DNA from: Octopus sinensis
Taxonomy: Eukaryota
Reading direction: 5' to 3'
NCBI RefSeq assembly: GCF_006345805.1
Contig: NW_021833122.1
Location: 1 to 64,000, forward strand
Length of the DNA stretch: 64,000 bases
In this document: piece after piece, positions 39,041 to 51,990 of the stretch
Layout: every line of letters begins with the position of its first letter
Position numbering within the stretch: position 1 is the first letter of the stretch
Notes under the pieces: model-generated
What the model was told of the DNA's origin: nothing
The model's database searches: none
What the model saw: the letters and a program-made list of their open reading frames with translations, nothing else
Made by a program: the position numbers and the translations under genes

Positions 39041-39375
39041 GTCATACATACATACATACAGACAGACAGACAGACAGACAGACATAATACATACAGAGGC
39101 ACACTTAGATACATGCAAACGTACTGACATACATACATAAGTATATAGACTGCTGTAGAAACATGGAAACTTAAATAGTATACATATACATAACGCTCGA
39201 TGCATAATTATGTGCTTAGACACATACTTATATACATTATAAGCGTCCATCAGATACCTACAAATACTAACATGTCTGAATTTCATATATATATATATAT
39301 GGCTAAGTATATATCTATATATATGTGTGTGTGGTGTGTGTGTGTGTGTAAGTATATATATATATATATATATGT

Positions 39376-39427
<52 letters not shown>

Positions 39428-39439
39428 CAGAAATTATAT

Positions 39440-40980
39440 AACGGATTTGCTCTTTATGTAGAGTGGTTCGTCTTTTGAAGGTCATACTCGGCTGTCCGTC
39501 CAATATAGTTGTGTCCACAACCCGAGTAGGTTATTACGTAAATTAGGTTCTCAGATGTACAAGTGAAACTAGTTTTAATTGTGAATCTCTGTCCTTGTTT
39601 GAAAATGAAATCCAAACCTTCATCTACGTTGGGGCAGGTTCCACAGTTTTTGGGTCCACATCTTTTAACCGTTGGTTTCGTGGTGGTTTTGTAAAGCTTC
39701 GTATTTGTTAGTAGTCTCTGTAGCGATGCGATTTGTGTTGCTTTTTGCATTTGATGAATTTCAGGGTGTCGTTGATTTTTTAATCTCTGTTTAGTAAAGG
39801 AAGATTTTGCACAATAGTGCTGAATGCCTCACAATCTCTGAGGTTGTGTGTTGATATAAATAGTAATGTTTTGAGATGTGGTGTGATGTGATGTTTTGTT
39901 GTTCTTAGTGTTTTATGTCTAAGTTTTTGGCACATTCAATTCCATCATCTATAAGTGAGGGTGGATATTGTCTTTCAGTATGCGTTGTTTTGAGATCTTG
40001 AAGACGAAGATCCCGAGTTGTTCTATCAGACACTATTGTGCAAATCTTTTTTGCCAAATTTAAAGGGATATTTATTTTGATGTGTTTCGGGTGGCAAGAG
40101 CTAAAGAGGAGTTATTGTTTTGAGTCAGTTGGTTTATAATAAATGTCAGTTATGATTTGATTGTTGACTTTTATTATCATGATATCTAAAAATGCTTGTA
40201 TTCATTTAGTGTTGATTTCAAATCCAAAAGTTTGTCGATGTTCTCCTTCCAAATGATAAAACAGTCATCCAGGTATCTTTTCCAATTTTCTATAAGTAAA
40301 ATTAAAATGGCTAACGATATTTCTGATACTTCATATACGGTGAATTCAAAATAACTAATTATTGGATTCGCAAGAACAGGGATGCTTTCGTTCCCATTAC
40401 AGTTCCGCAAATTTGACGATAGTCTATGTTATCAAATAGGAAATAATTATTCTGAAGTATAAATTTTAGAGATTCAATAATAAAGATCTGATTTATGCGT
40501 TCCGGGAGAATTTCGGGGCATGTTTCCAACCTGAATTTAGTTGCTTTTATGCCATAGTCATGTGGGATGGTGTGAAGATTGATAACATCGTGTGTAAACA
40601 ATATTGCCTCTTCATTAATTGGGTCTTCATTAATTGTTTTTTTTTTTTGCAGACACAACTATATTGTGCAGACGAGTATGACCATGAGGAGGAGAACTAC
40701 TCTACATAAACAGCAAATCTGTTTCCCGCAATACAGGCAAATTCCTCTCACTGAACATATAGAAAAATGTGCAGATAATATCAAACCAAATTTCACAGCC
40801 TCCCCCTTCGACCAGTGCAAAGACACAATCTCTCCACAAGAACATTCAAATAAAGAAACTTTTTTCATTGAGAAATACGGAACACGTCCTAATATGCACG
40901 CATAACCAACTTTTATCTTATTGCATATTTTGATTCACGATTACATCACTGTACATAAATCCCCTCACTAAACAACCCTA
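39440..40980 (-). mobile_element. Penelope-like element (right arm mirror, diverged)
   Basis: ORFs 39454-39750 and 40186-40410 (RYLDDCFIIW, NLIYVITYSGCGHNYIGRT). Confidence 0.9.
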
Positions 40981-41371
40981 TTTTTTGTGTGTACATATAT
41001 ATTCCACTCCCCTTACGGAAAGCTGAACAGCTATCTCCCTTGCCTACAACAACAACAACAATAATAACAATATCCAATTATCTCCCCTTATTTTTCTACT
41101 TGTGAAGTCATTCACTCGTAAATATCATCACACATAAAATGGACAAAACTTTTTTCTTAAGAAAATACATATTCAAATAAGTAAACCATAAAATCATGAA
41201 TAGCAAAAGCGAAACCGGTCGATATATTTAAAATTATGTTAAAACTACATAAAGTGTGTGTATTTTCCTTTTTTAATCTCTTATATATATTACAACTCAC
41301 CACGTGGGGATAATCGAAATTCCTCCTTTTCTGGTACTACTTTACACACACACACACACACACTCATATAT

Positions 41372-41427
<56 letters not shown>

Positions 41428-42569
41428 TTTCATGATAGATCGCTAGCCACTTAACCTTTTTCTATTTTCTCTCCCTGCTTATTTCTGTGCTCCTTTCTGT
41501 GTATGATACGATTCGCCATCAGACAGGATGTTCACTTCTTCTGATGAGCAGGCTGCCTTTATAGGAAAGTAAATGGTACCTGGTCATCAGAAGGAAGCTT
41601 CTGAATGTTTTCAGTTCTTGGAAACAATATATTGCCAAACATTTATTTACACACTGTATATGCATTTGACCAATTCGTTACAACCTGTTGGATAATTGTT
41701 AATGCGTTTTCATGATTATTTCATTTTCTAACATGTTTAAATTTTGTAGTTAGATCAATATGTATCGAATCAAAATAAATATATTATTAACAACTTAACC
41801 GATAGAAGCCAAATCTGGCATTCAAAATGTGACGTTGGCGAGAGACATACGCATAGTTCAGTATTAAAATAAATACTGTAAAGTGGTTTGAACCATAATT
41901 AAAATGCGAATATATCCAGTGTTATATATCCAAAGCAACAGAAAGCTGTTATACATTAAACTGTCAATATATTGCGATTTTAAAATAACCCTCTTTCGTT
42001 CACCAACCGTATCAAATTGATTGTGATGATCAATGGGTAGAAGTAGAGATTTATTAAAATTGTACTGAAGCAAATAGTAAAGTTCATCATTTACTTATCA
42101 TCTAAATTGCAAAGCACTCTGAGAAGAGAGAAGAAAGCAACTTCATAATACCTCTTAGTTTAGAACGCATTTAAGAAAAGAGAAATATTTTGACGGCAAC
42201 TTCTAAGGTAAGTTAATGTTGTTCACCTATCTTTACGTCTGTGGAAAATATTTCACGATATTATTTTATGACCATATCATCTTTATCGAAACCAGTGCAA
42301 ACAGATAAGCTGGTTTCACCAGTCAGTAGAACTAACTTTACTTTTATTCTGAACCTAATATTGTTTCTTACTGTTAAAAAAAATGTGCTTCTGTGATACA
42401 CGATCCCTTTTGATCGCTTTCACCGATCCCTTTTGATCGAAATTTTACATTTGTTTCCTTTTTTGTTCCTTTTTTTCATTTTCCCTCTTCGAAAAGAAAA
42501 GCTCTACATATGTACTTGTCCCCTTTGTATTCAGCCCTGCGTGGCCGATAAAGAAAGTTATCCCTCTCT

Positions 42570-42620
<51 letters not shown>

Positions 42621-42645
42621 CATCCGTCCATCCACCCATCCAACC

Positions 42646-42691
<46 letters not shown>

Positions 42692-43564
42692 TTATCTTCC
42701 TATCTAGCCTCGAGTTCATGTGTGTTTTAGCCACCCACATGCTCCCTAGGAAGTTTGGAATCTGAATCTCAGTAGCATTTCTAAACCCGGCGCTATTTTA
42801 CTCCCATCAACTTGGTTGGTTGTTTGAGGGCTACACTCCTTGCATGTTTTTCTTTTTTATTCCACACATCGTCCGGCCCGTTGTAACTCATCATCCAGAA
42901 GGAAACCTTTCCGATTTGTTGCAGCGAGCGCAAAACGAATCCCCTTTCCATTATCTCTTTTGGATGTAGTCACTCTAGCCTCTATGGTAGAGCCCATGGT
43001 AGTGGCTTCGACGGAGGCGGCACTGGTGTTCACGCTAGTTACAACATTTTCTATTTTAATTACTCACTTTCATTTACATTGTTTAGATATATTTAGTTTT
43101 TTATGGTCTTGTTGTTGCTGTTGTTGTTGTTCACTTGATGCCTTGTTCACCAGTCAGTGCTTGGTTTTGCTGAGGTGGCGGTGACGTCGTTTACTATTGT
43201 CAGCGGTAGGCTAGTGTTGTCTTTCTTTTCATGTTACTTCTTTCATTGCCATCTTTCAAAATATTTGCTTTCACCGAAAGTTGAAAGAAGTTTAAAGATA
43301 TTGAAATGCACCTCTTGAAAAGCAGATTGTGTTGCTAAACGGAAATCCTAGCAGCGCAGTGCAGAAAATGTTTAAAAAAAGTTGACGAAGAGATTGAACT
43401 CTTTTACTGCTAATGGGGCTTCAATCTACAGAATAATAATAATAATACTGATATAATAATAATAATAATAATATAATAATAATAATAAATAATAATAATA
43501 ATAATAATAATAAATAATAATAATAATAATAATACTCCGCAAATATAACATCACAGAGAATGAT

Positions 43565-44683
43565 TTGCCTGAAATAAAAGAAAAGCTGAAGCAAGATATC
43601 CTTGCCAAAGCACAAAGGATCCGCCGGTACAAGAAACGACAACGCTTCTTTGAAGAAAACAAAAAGATCAACTCTAACCCCAAAAAGTTCTACCAAGAAC
43701 TGGAAAAAAATAAAATAGAAGTCACTGCAGCACCAACGGCAGAAGGATTGGAAGAATTCTGGGGAGAAATATGGTCGGCGAACGAACCACCAAAAAAAAG
43801 GAGTATCAGAATAACAAACTCGGCATCTGAACAACTTTGGACCCCCATAACAACTGAAGAGGTCACCCAGGCACTGCAAAGACTAAGCAACTGGAAGGCA
43901 CCTGGGCATGACAAGATCCCCAACTTCTGGTTGAAATATCTAACAGGAATGCACAAAAAGCTGGCTGAAAACTTTAACAACGTACTAGCAGAGCCAGAGA
44001 CAATGTCTGAATGGCTCACGAAGGGGAAAACCATCTTAATTCCCAAATCAAATGAAACAGAAAAACCAGAAAACTACAGACCAATAACCTGCCTCCCTAC
44101 TATGTTCAAGGCATTTACTGCAGTGATATCACAAAGGCTGAACAAGCACCTGGACGAAAACAAACTGTTCCCAGAAGAGCAGAAAGGATGCCGCAAAGGC
44201 TCATATGACTGTAAAGATCAACTAATGATTAATAAAGCCATAACTGAAGACAGCCACAGAAAGAAGAAAAGCCTCAGTATGGCCTGGATTGACTACAAAA
44301 AGGCGTTTGATAGCATCCCCCACACATGGATCCTCGAAACACTAGCCATTAACAAAGTAGCACCAACAATCATAAAATTCATAGAGCACTCTATGAATAA
44401 ATGGCAAACAGTCCTACACCTCCAAACAAAAGAGGGACTCATGAAAACCAAATACATCCCCATTAGAAGAGGAATATTCCAGGGAGACACGCTCTCTCCA
44501 CTCCTTTTCTGCTTGGCACTGTCACCTCTATCTGATATGCTAAATAGAACTGGATGCGGATATAAATGTTACGGCAAAACGATCAGCCACCTTCTATATA
44601 TGGATGACCTAAAACTATACGCTGCAAATGACAAACAGCTGGAAACACTATTAAAGACAGTTCATGGATTTACCAAGAAATAG
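43565..44683 (+). CDS. Dong/R4 ORF part 1: reverse transcriptase
   Basis: KAPGHDKIPNFWLK, ENYRPITCL, QKGCRKG, AWIDYKKAFDSIPH, GIFQGDTLSPLLF, HLLYMDDLKLY. Confidence 0.93.
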   Translation: MPEIKEKLKQDILAKAQRIRRYKKRQRFFEENKKINSNPKKFYQELEKNKIEVTAAPTAEGLEEFWGEIWSANEPPKKRSIRITNSASEQLWTPITTEEVTQALQRLSNWKAPGHDKIPNFWLKYLTGMHKKLAENFNNVLAEPETMSEWLTKGKTILIPKSNETEKPENYRPITCLPTMFKAFTAVISQRLNKHLDENKLFPEEQKGCRKGSYDCKDQLMINKAITEDSHRKKKSLSMAWIDYKKAFDSIPHTWILETLAINKVAPTIIKFIEHSMNKWQTVLHLQTKEGLMKTKYIPIRRGIFQGDTLSPLLFCLALSPLSDMLNRTGCGYKCYGKTISHLLYMDDLKLYAANDKQLETLLKTVHGFTKK

Positions 44684-44685
44684 AT

Positions 44686-44952
44686 ATGAAATTTGGATTA
44701 GAAAAATGCGCCAAAGTAACCCTGAAAAGAGGAAAACTAGTTAAGAGTAACAACATCACACTAGATAAAACCAATGAAATAAAAGAATTAGACCAAAGCC
44801 AAACTTACAAATACTTAGGAATCCATGAACTAGATAAGACACAACACACACAAATGAAAGAGAAAATAAAAAAGGAATATTATAGACGAGTTAGATCAAT
44901 ACTAAACACAGAGTTCAATGCTAAAAACAAGATAATAGGTATCAACACTTAG
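44686..44952 (+). CDS. Dong/R4 ORF part 2 (between two frameshifts)
   Basis: MKFGLEKCAKV..TYKYLGI..NAKNKIIGINT. Confidence 0.88.
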   Translation: MKFGLEKCAKVTLKRGKLVKSNNITLDKTNEIKELDQSQTYKYLGIHELDKTQHTQMKEKIKKEYYRRVRSILNTEFNAKNKIIGINT

Positions 44953-45038
44953 CTGTCCCAGTTATAAGTTACAGCTACAATATCCTTAACTGGACACGAA
45001 ATGAACTGACCAAAATAGATAGGAAAACAAGAAAAATA

Positions 45039-46151
45039 ATGACAGGATCTAGGATGCATCACCCAAAATCTGACATAGAAAGACTATATATACAACGTAT
45101 AGAAGGTGGTAGAGGCCTTATACAACTGGAAAACTACTATAAAATAACCACCATAGGACTGCAAAAATATCTACTTCAGAAGGAAGGAAACCTGATCCAG
45201 ATAGCGGCAAAACAAGAGCAAAACAAAAAACTGTTCTCAGTATTTAAGGAAGCTGACAAATACAAACAAGAAATCATACCACCTAATAAATATGAAGAAG
45301 AAGAAGATGAAGAAACAACAAAAGCTATAAAACAAATGAAATGCAAACTAAAAATAGAACAGCAACGAACCATGATAAAACGATGGCAAGAAAAGCCCCT
45401 TCATGGTAAATACTGGACTAAACTAAACGCAAAAGAAATAGACAAAGAAAAATCCCAGCAATGGTTGAGAAGCTCAGGACTCAAAGCAGAAACAGAGGGA
45501 TTTTTAATTGCAGCACAAGACCAAAGCCTCCCCACCAGAAATTACCAAAAACATGTAATGAAGAGAAATATTACAAGTAACTGCAGAATATGTGGAGATG
45601 GACAAGAAACAATAAATCATATTATCTCTAGCTGCCCAGTCTTGGCTAAGAAGGAATATATTCACAGACATGACAGAGTTGGAACCTACATACATTGGAA
45701 GCTATGCCAACATTATGGAATAACAACAGAAAAAAGATGGTATAGGCACACACCAGAAAAGGTCACAGAAAACGAGAAAGCAACCATACTCTGGGATATG
45801 CCGATACACACAGATAGAGAAATTAAGGCCAACAGACCAGATATAGTTGTCAGAGATCATGAAGAAAAAAAATGCTTTCTAATTGATGTATCAATACCGG
45901 CTGATGACAACGTGTCTCTAAAAGAAATGGAGAAACTCTCAAAATACAAAGACCTGGAAATAGAGGTAACTAGAATGTGGAATCTGAAAACAGAAACAAT
46001 TCCTATCATAGTAGGTGCATTAGGCATGATAAAAAAATATTCAGACAAATACATAACAAAAACACCAGGACTTACAAACACATATAACATACAGAAAATT
46101 GCACTACTAGGCACTGCACACATCCTACGCAGAACACTTTCCATACAATAA
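45039..46151 (+). CDS. Dong/R4 ORF part 3: CCHC zinc knuckle and restriction-like endonuclease
   Basis: CRICGDGQETINHIISSC, RHDRV, RPDIVV..CFLIDVSIP..EKLSKYKDL, ALLGTAHILRRTL. Confidence 0.93.
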   Translation: MTGSRMHHPKSDIERLYIQRIEGGRGLIQLENYYKITTIGLQKYLLQKEGNLIQIAAKQEQNKKLFSVFKEADKYKQEIIPPNKYEEEEDEETTKAIKQMKCKLKIEQQRTMIKRWQEKPLHGKYWTKLNAKEIDKEKSQQWLRSSGLKAETEGFLIAAQDQSLPTRNYQKHVMKRNITSNCRICGDGQETINHIISSCPVLAKKEYIHRHDRVGTYIHWKLCQHYGITTEKRWYRHTPEKVTENEKATILWDMPIHTDREIKANRPDIVVRDHEEKKCFLIDVSIPADDNVSLKEMEKLSKYKDLEIEVTRMWNLKTETIPIIVGALGMIKKYSDKYITKTPGLTNTYNIQKIALLGTAHILRRTLSIQ

Positions 46152-46252
46152 CCATCAGAGCATCACAACAAATCACAGCACATACCCAAGGCACACAGAG
46201 CTGCGCTCGGTAGTGAAGTGAAAGCACGCTATAAAAATAAAACTACTGAACG

Positions 46253-46313
<61 letters not shown>

Positions 46314-46794
46314 TAATAATAATAATAAGCTATAGCTACAATATCCTTAACTGGGCACTAAATGAACTAACCTAAATAGACAGGAATACCAGAAAAATAA
46401 TACCAGGCTCTAGGATGCACCACCCACAATCTGACAGAGAAAGGTTATATATACAACGTATAGAAGGTGGTAGAGGCCTTATACAGCTAGAAAACTATTA
46501 CAAATAACCACCATTGGACGGCAAAAATACCTACTTCAGAAGCAAGGAAATCTAATGCAAATAGCCACAGGAAACGAACAAAAAAAAACTGTTTACATAT
46601 TTAAGGAAGCTGACAAATAAGTCATACTACCTAACAAATATGTGGAAGAAGAAACAACAAAAGTGGTAAAACACATGAAATGCAAACTAAAACTAGAAGA
46701 ACAACGGACCATGATAAATCAATGGCAAAAAGCCCCTTTCATGGCAAATACTGGATTAAACTAAATGTAAAAGAAATAGACAAAGCAAAATCAA

Positions 46795-48860
46795 GTACGT
46801 TTATACGTATGTCAACAAAGGTTGCGACACACCAATATTTGGCCTTCAACAAGAACGCTGCTGGGTTAAGGGGACTTACTATCAGGTGTGACGGTACATA
46901 AGTAGGAACGAAGTTATCTTTGGCTTTCCACTTCACAAGCGACATCCCACCTTCCATCAGTTCACCTGGAAAAGGGTCACTGGGTGTACATCACCGACGT
47001 TAATGCTTCTCTGTTGGCAGAAGAACCAAGGGACACAACACTCACCGCATTATTTAAGGTTTGTCAAGATGACTCATTCGTTCAAACCTTGCTGTATGAA
47101 CAGATTCCATCCTATTATACCTGGAATTGAAAAAATGCCTCCGAAAAAAGCAGATCAAGATGTTCATTGTTACCCCGGCATTAAGTTTGATAATTGCCTT
47201 GGGCGATTTACACAGTACATCCCAGTCAACACGAGTGTCTCTAACGTCGTCTACTACTAGAAGAGGTCAGAGGGCCAACGACTTTCCTGGCCCTCATTCA
47301 GTTGATGGTTATGTCTGCGCAACGTACAGAGACGCCTGAATGCGACAAGGTCTATTAAAAGACCGTGTACAGTAGAATGCAACTTTAGGAGACTCTGCTG
47401 AATCGAAACCACCTAAAAGTCTCAGGGCACTATATGCTGTATTGCTATAGACATACAAACTGTGCGAGTTTTCCTCGTTATTGCTCAAGTAGAGAAATGA
47501 CCTCGGTGAAGACATTAAGCCTCAAGTTTCACTGCTCTATGCTGATATAGAGGGCATCAACGATGAAGTCTACAAGAGAGATCTGATTGACGTCGAAGAC
47601 AGAATTAATACTCCGGGTGGAAATGAATTACCCACATATGACCTGCCAGGAGCACCGAGGGACAAGAAAAACATTTGTTACAACGCTCTACCTTGCAGGA
47701 TTCAGGGAGCACCAAGATATTGCGGCAGTTCATGGATTGCAGATATTTTTGTTGCCCGGAGGCAGAACAATACACTCGACATTTAAGCTACCTCTCAATT
47801 TAGAAGCATCTGAGATGCCTTCATGCAACATGAGCAAAAGCTCAGACCAGGAACCGGTCCTTAGAATGTGTGACCTCATCGTCTGTGCGAGTGCACCGTG
47901 GCTCACAAGGGATCTCTAGAAACATTAGATATATCAGTCTCCAGTGGGAGTTGTAATGCTTCTGTTCTCGGTTGATTTCAAGCAGATCCTTCTTGTCATT
48001 CCCAAAGGCACTAGAACAGATAAGATCCAAGCGAGTGTGAAGTTCTGGCCTCTGTGTCATCTTGTTACGATCCTGACTCTGACCACTAACGTGCGAGCTC
48101 AACTTCATACTGACCAAATGTCCGCAACATTTGAACAGGATATTTTGACACTTGGCGATGGCAAGGTGCCCCTAGACGCCGCATGATGATGACCTCAAAG
48201 ACAAAGTATTTCATAACCTTACAGAAAATTACCAAAACCACAATTGGTCACAGAGCAATATTGTCTCCAAAAAACGTCGCTGTTAATAAACATAACGAAC
48301 AGCTGATGATTATCTTCACACTTATAAATCACTTGGTCCAATTCCAGAATTTATTCACCAATATTTATCCACCAAACTTTATCAATTCTTTGGAGACTGA
48401 CGGACTACTTCCACACTTATTACCATTTAAAGTTGGAACTCCTGTATGCTGCACCGAAATCTAGAACCGCCACGACCTTTCAATGGGACAAGACTGGTAG
48501 TAAAGAAAATGTTGCCACAGTTTATCGAGGCAATAATTTATGGATGTAGAAAATGTGATGACGTTTTCATTGCAAGAATTCCATTTATCCCATCAGGAGA
48601 AGAAATTTCCCATTTCATTCAGAAAACTGCAGATCCGTCTTCGTTTCAATTTTCCGATGTCAACTAATAAATCCCAGGATCAGGCCGTCTGTGACTGGCA
48701 TATTCTTCGACGAGTCCTTTTTTCCGAACAACTGTATGTTGGCTGCACAATAGTGGGAGACAAAACAAACAACTTTACATACGCTCAAGAAAAACAAGGA
48801 ACATTGTTTACAATGAGGTTTTATAATCACAACAGCATGAACGAAGACACGTGATCACAT
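46795..48860 (+). mobile_element. Helitron Rep-helicase fragment (right arm mirror)
   Basis: Near-identical ORF set 47003-48854. Confidence 0.88.
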
Positions 48861-48940
48861 TTTCTTTACCAAACCTTATGTGCTTTTATGTATGTATGCC
48901 TGTATCTGTCTATCTATCTATCTAATCTATCTATCTATCT

Positions 48941-48978
<38 letters not shown>

Positions 48979-49108
48979 GAATAATTATTGAATAATTATT
49001 GCGGCATTTACTGTTAAATTAGCAGTTCGTACATGTGCTTTTATTTCGTTAATCGATTAACACATTATAACATTTAATAGAGGTAATCTTGCTATAGAAA
49101 AATATCGT

Positions 49109-50132
49109 TCAGAGGGTGCAAGGTCAGGTGAGTATTGGGATGGGGGGAGGAGTTCATAGCCGCACGCCTGTGCTTCTGATCTGGCGACACGCAACTTGTG
49201 GACCGGAGCGTTGTCCTGCAGGAGGAGGATGCCTTTGCTGATCTTGCCCCACCTCTAGATTTTGATAGCTTCTCTTAATTTTCTCAAAAGTGAAGCATAA
49301 TAGGCTCCTGTAATTGTGGTACCCTTTGCCAGGAAATCTGTCATCACTACTCCGTCCTGGTCCCAGAAGACTGTCAGCATGACCTTGCCAGCGGAGGGCT
49401 GCACCTTTGCCTTCTTTGGAGGAGGTGAGTCACGGTGTTCCCACTGCATTGACTCGGCTTTGGTCTCTGGATCATAGTGATTGACCCAGGTTTCATCCTG
49501 TGTAATCAGTCTTTTGAAAAATTTTGACTCATCTTGGCACATCTCCAAATTCATCCTCGAGCACTCGATGCGTTCTTGCTTCTGGAAAGGTGTGAGCAGC
49601 CTGGGAATCCATCTGGCAGACACCTTTTGCATATGCAAATGGTCATGAATGATAGTTTCCACTGACCTGGTACTAATCTTGACCTCATGGGCTATTTAGC
49701 AAATAGTTATGCGTCGATCTTCCAAAATGGCAGCCTCAACTTGACGGACAGATGCCTCATCAATGGCAGAAAGGGGGCGACCAGATTTGGGAGCTGTTTC
49801 CACAGAGTTCCGACCATGTTTGAATTCACGATTCCAGCGTTTTACAAGGTCATATGATGGGGCACCATCACCATAAGTTACTTTCATTTCATCAAAAGTC
49901 TCCCGTGGTGTGCGTCCTTTCAAATACAAAAACCGGATCACTGCTCGACACTCAACAGGCTCCATTTCACACTTGCCTCAGTTCAAACACCTGTAAATCA
50001 TAAACCAGAATTAGTTCAGAGCTGTAGTTTTTCATTTAATCTATAGAGATATAAATAATTGCATTTGCAAAATTTCAGCTAGATCAAACAATTGCAAGTG
50101 GGTCAGGGGCATTACTTATTGAACGCCCCTCG
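49109..50132 (-). mobile_element. Mariner transposon (right arm mirror)
   Basis: ORFs 49696-49965 and 49255-49662 identical to the left copy. Confidence 0.95.
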
Positions 50133-50135
50133 TAT

Positions 50136-50171
<36 letters not shown>

Positions 50172-51129
50172 AATGAATAATTATGGAATAATTATTGTGG
50201 CATTTACTGTTAAATCAGCAGTTCGTACATGTGCTTCTATTTCTTTAATCGATTAACACAATATAACATTTTATAGAGGTAATCTTTCTATAGAAAAATA
50301 TAGTTTACGAGATATTATACGAACATGAAAACGACGACGACAACGTGACATTTTCTATATGAGTGTGTATATGTGTGATATGTGTGAGTGTGAATGTGTA
50401 CGAGTCTCAGAGTGTGTGCATTTCCGTGTTCGGCGTCAATGTCATACTTCGTATATGAGTGTCTATGTGTGTATGAGCGCATCATTATGTATATCCCTGT
50501 GACTGTGTGTGTTTTCACGTTAGATATAACTTTAAAGATGGACACACATATCCACACATACATATGTGTATGTGTCTATGACATGCGGGAATATATGTCT
50601 GTATGTGTCTCTCTTACTATATGAATATCATGGTCCCAATACGTTTTTAATTTCTCACCTAATGCGGGCCCGGAGCAATGTCTTGCACTGGTTCTTTATT
50701 ACGTGTCAAAAAGTGAAATAATAACATCTATATTGTGAAATAATATTGTTTCCATTTTTATTCTTCTAATGTGATAACACCATTCACTTTCAATTTTCAA
50801 TTTTCATGCGATAACATTAAGGTCCTCTTAGTTTATATATTTGCAGTACAATTGCCAGTTAATAATTATCGTAGCAGTTGCAACGTTCCAAGTCATTTAC
50901 AGTAACATACGAACCCTTAAATTGAGGGTGCTTAATCTTTAGTGGTTCAGCAAAAGACAACGATATAATCAGTACTGGGCTTACAAAGAATAAATACTGT
51001 GGTCGATTTATTTGATTAAAGGTAGTGCTCCAGCATGTCCGCACTCACATGACGGAAACGAGTGAAACAATAAATAAACCACGCCATCCTAGTCTGGAGC
51101 AACGCCAGGTATCTCAGCTAATATATATA

Positions 51130-51990
51130 CAAGCGTTGGACAAAATAATAGAAAAACCTAACATCTTAGCATCATAAGTTTGAAATATCTATAAAACTGT
51201 GAAGAGCTTGTTGATTTTTATATCTTTTGATTTCATATTAGTGTTGCCTAATATGTTTTGCTAAAAGAGTTGTTTCTTTTCAGATATCATCAGAAAAATG
51301 AAAGTAAACTTGATTAAAAGCATTTAGAATGGAGTAAAAACCTACAGAATTGACCCTAGAGCAGCTGAAAAAGTTATTTTCTCGGATGATTCATCCTTTA
51401 TCTTATTTCCGACCACCGGCTGAGTACACGTGTGGAGACAACCAAAATAAACATTTGACCCAGACTGCCTTCTTCCAACTGTTAAACATGGATGAGGATC
51501 TGTGATGATCTGGCGTGGGTGCTATATATTGGACTTCTGCAAGACCAATGGTTTCTCTTTATGGTAGAATTAATAGTCAAGGCAATTTAAGCATTTCATT
51601 TGATCAAATTCAATCTATGGTTGCGGAACTGTTTCTGGAGGGAAACGCAATGTTTCAGGATGACAATGCACCAATTAACACAGCTCAAGTGTTTACTGAA
51701 GTTGAACATCTGGCCACCACAGTCCCCAGATCTCAATATTATTGAACATTTTTGGTGCATTTTAGAAAAACAAGTAAAGAGTCGATATATTCTACCATCA
51801 ACATTACAAGAACTGGAGACTCTTTAGCTGAATAATGTACAAAATTTCCTTTGGAAACAATTCAAACTTTGTATGAATTCATACCTAGTAGAATTCAAGT
51901 TGGTAATTACTGCGAAAGGCTGTCCTATACAAATTTAAGATAAATTTTTTCGAAATTTTAAGGTGTTCCCATTACTTTGGGCAAACCCTG
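51130..51990 (+). mobile_element. Tc1-family transposon (right arm), ~380-bp internal deletion
   Basis: Same TIRs; FQDDNAP and WPPQSPDLNIIEH; lacks the SGRK/HTH-encoding part present at ~22375-22730. Confidence 0.9.

Larger units (their letters stand above)
43535..46250 (+). mobile_element. Young 5'-truncated Dong/R4-clade LINE, right arm only, inserted in (TAA)n
   Basis: RT, CCHC knuckle and PD-(D/E)xK endonuclease; 3' UTR 46152-46250; (TAA)n on both sides (~43430-43534 and ~46253-46328). Confidence 0.95.

Noticed and set aside
41538-41593. CTTCTGATGA..TCATCAGAAG hairpin containing CTGATGA
   Set aside because: CTGATGA is paired in the stem and no stem II-GAAA geometry follows; not a hammerhead.
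42265-42320. Hammerhead-like GAAACCAG..CTGGTTTC (mirror ~28995-29050), and a similar remnant at ~15590-15640
   Set aside because: No intact CUGANGA core or stem II; at most decayed Penelope terminal motifs.
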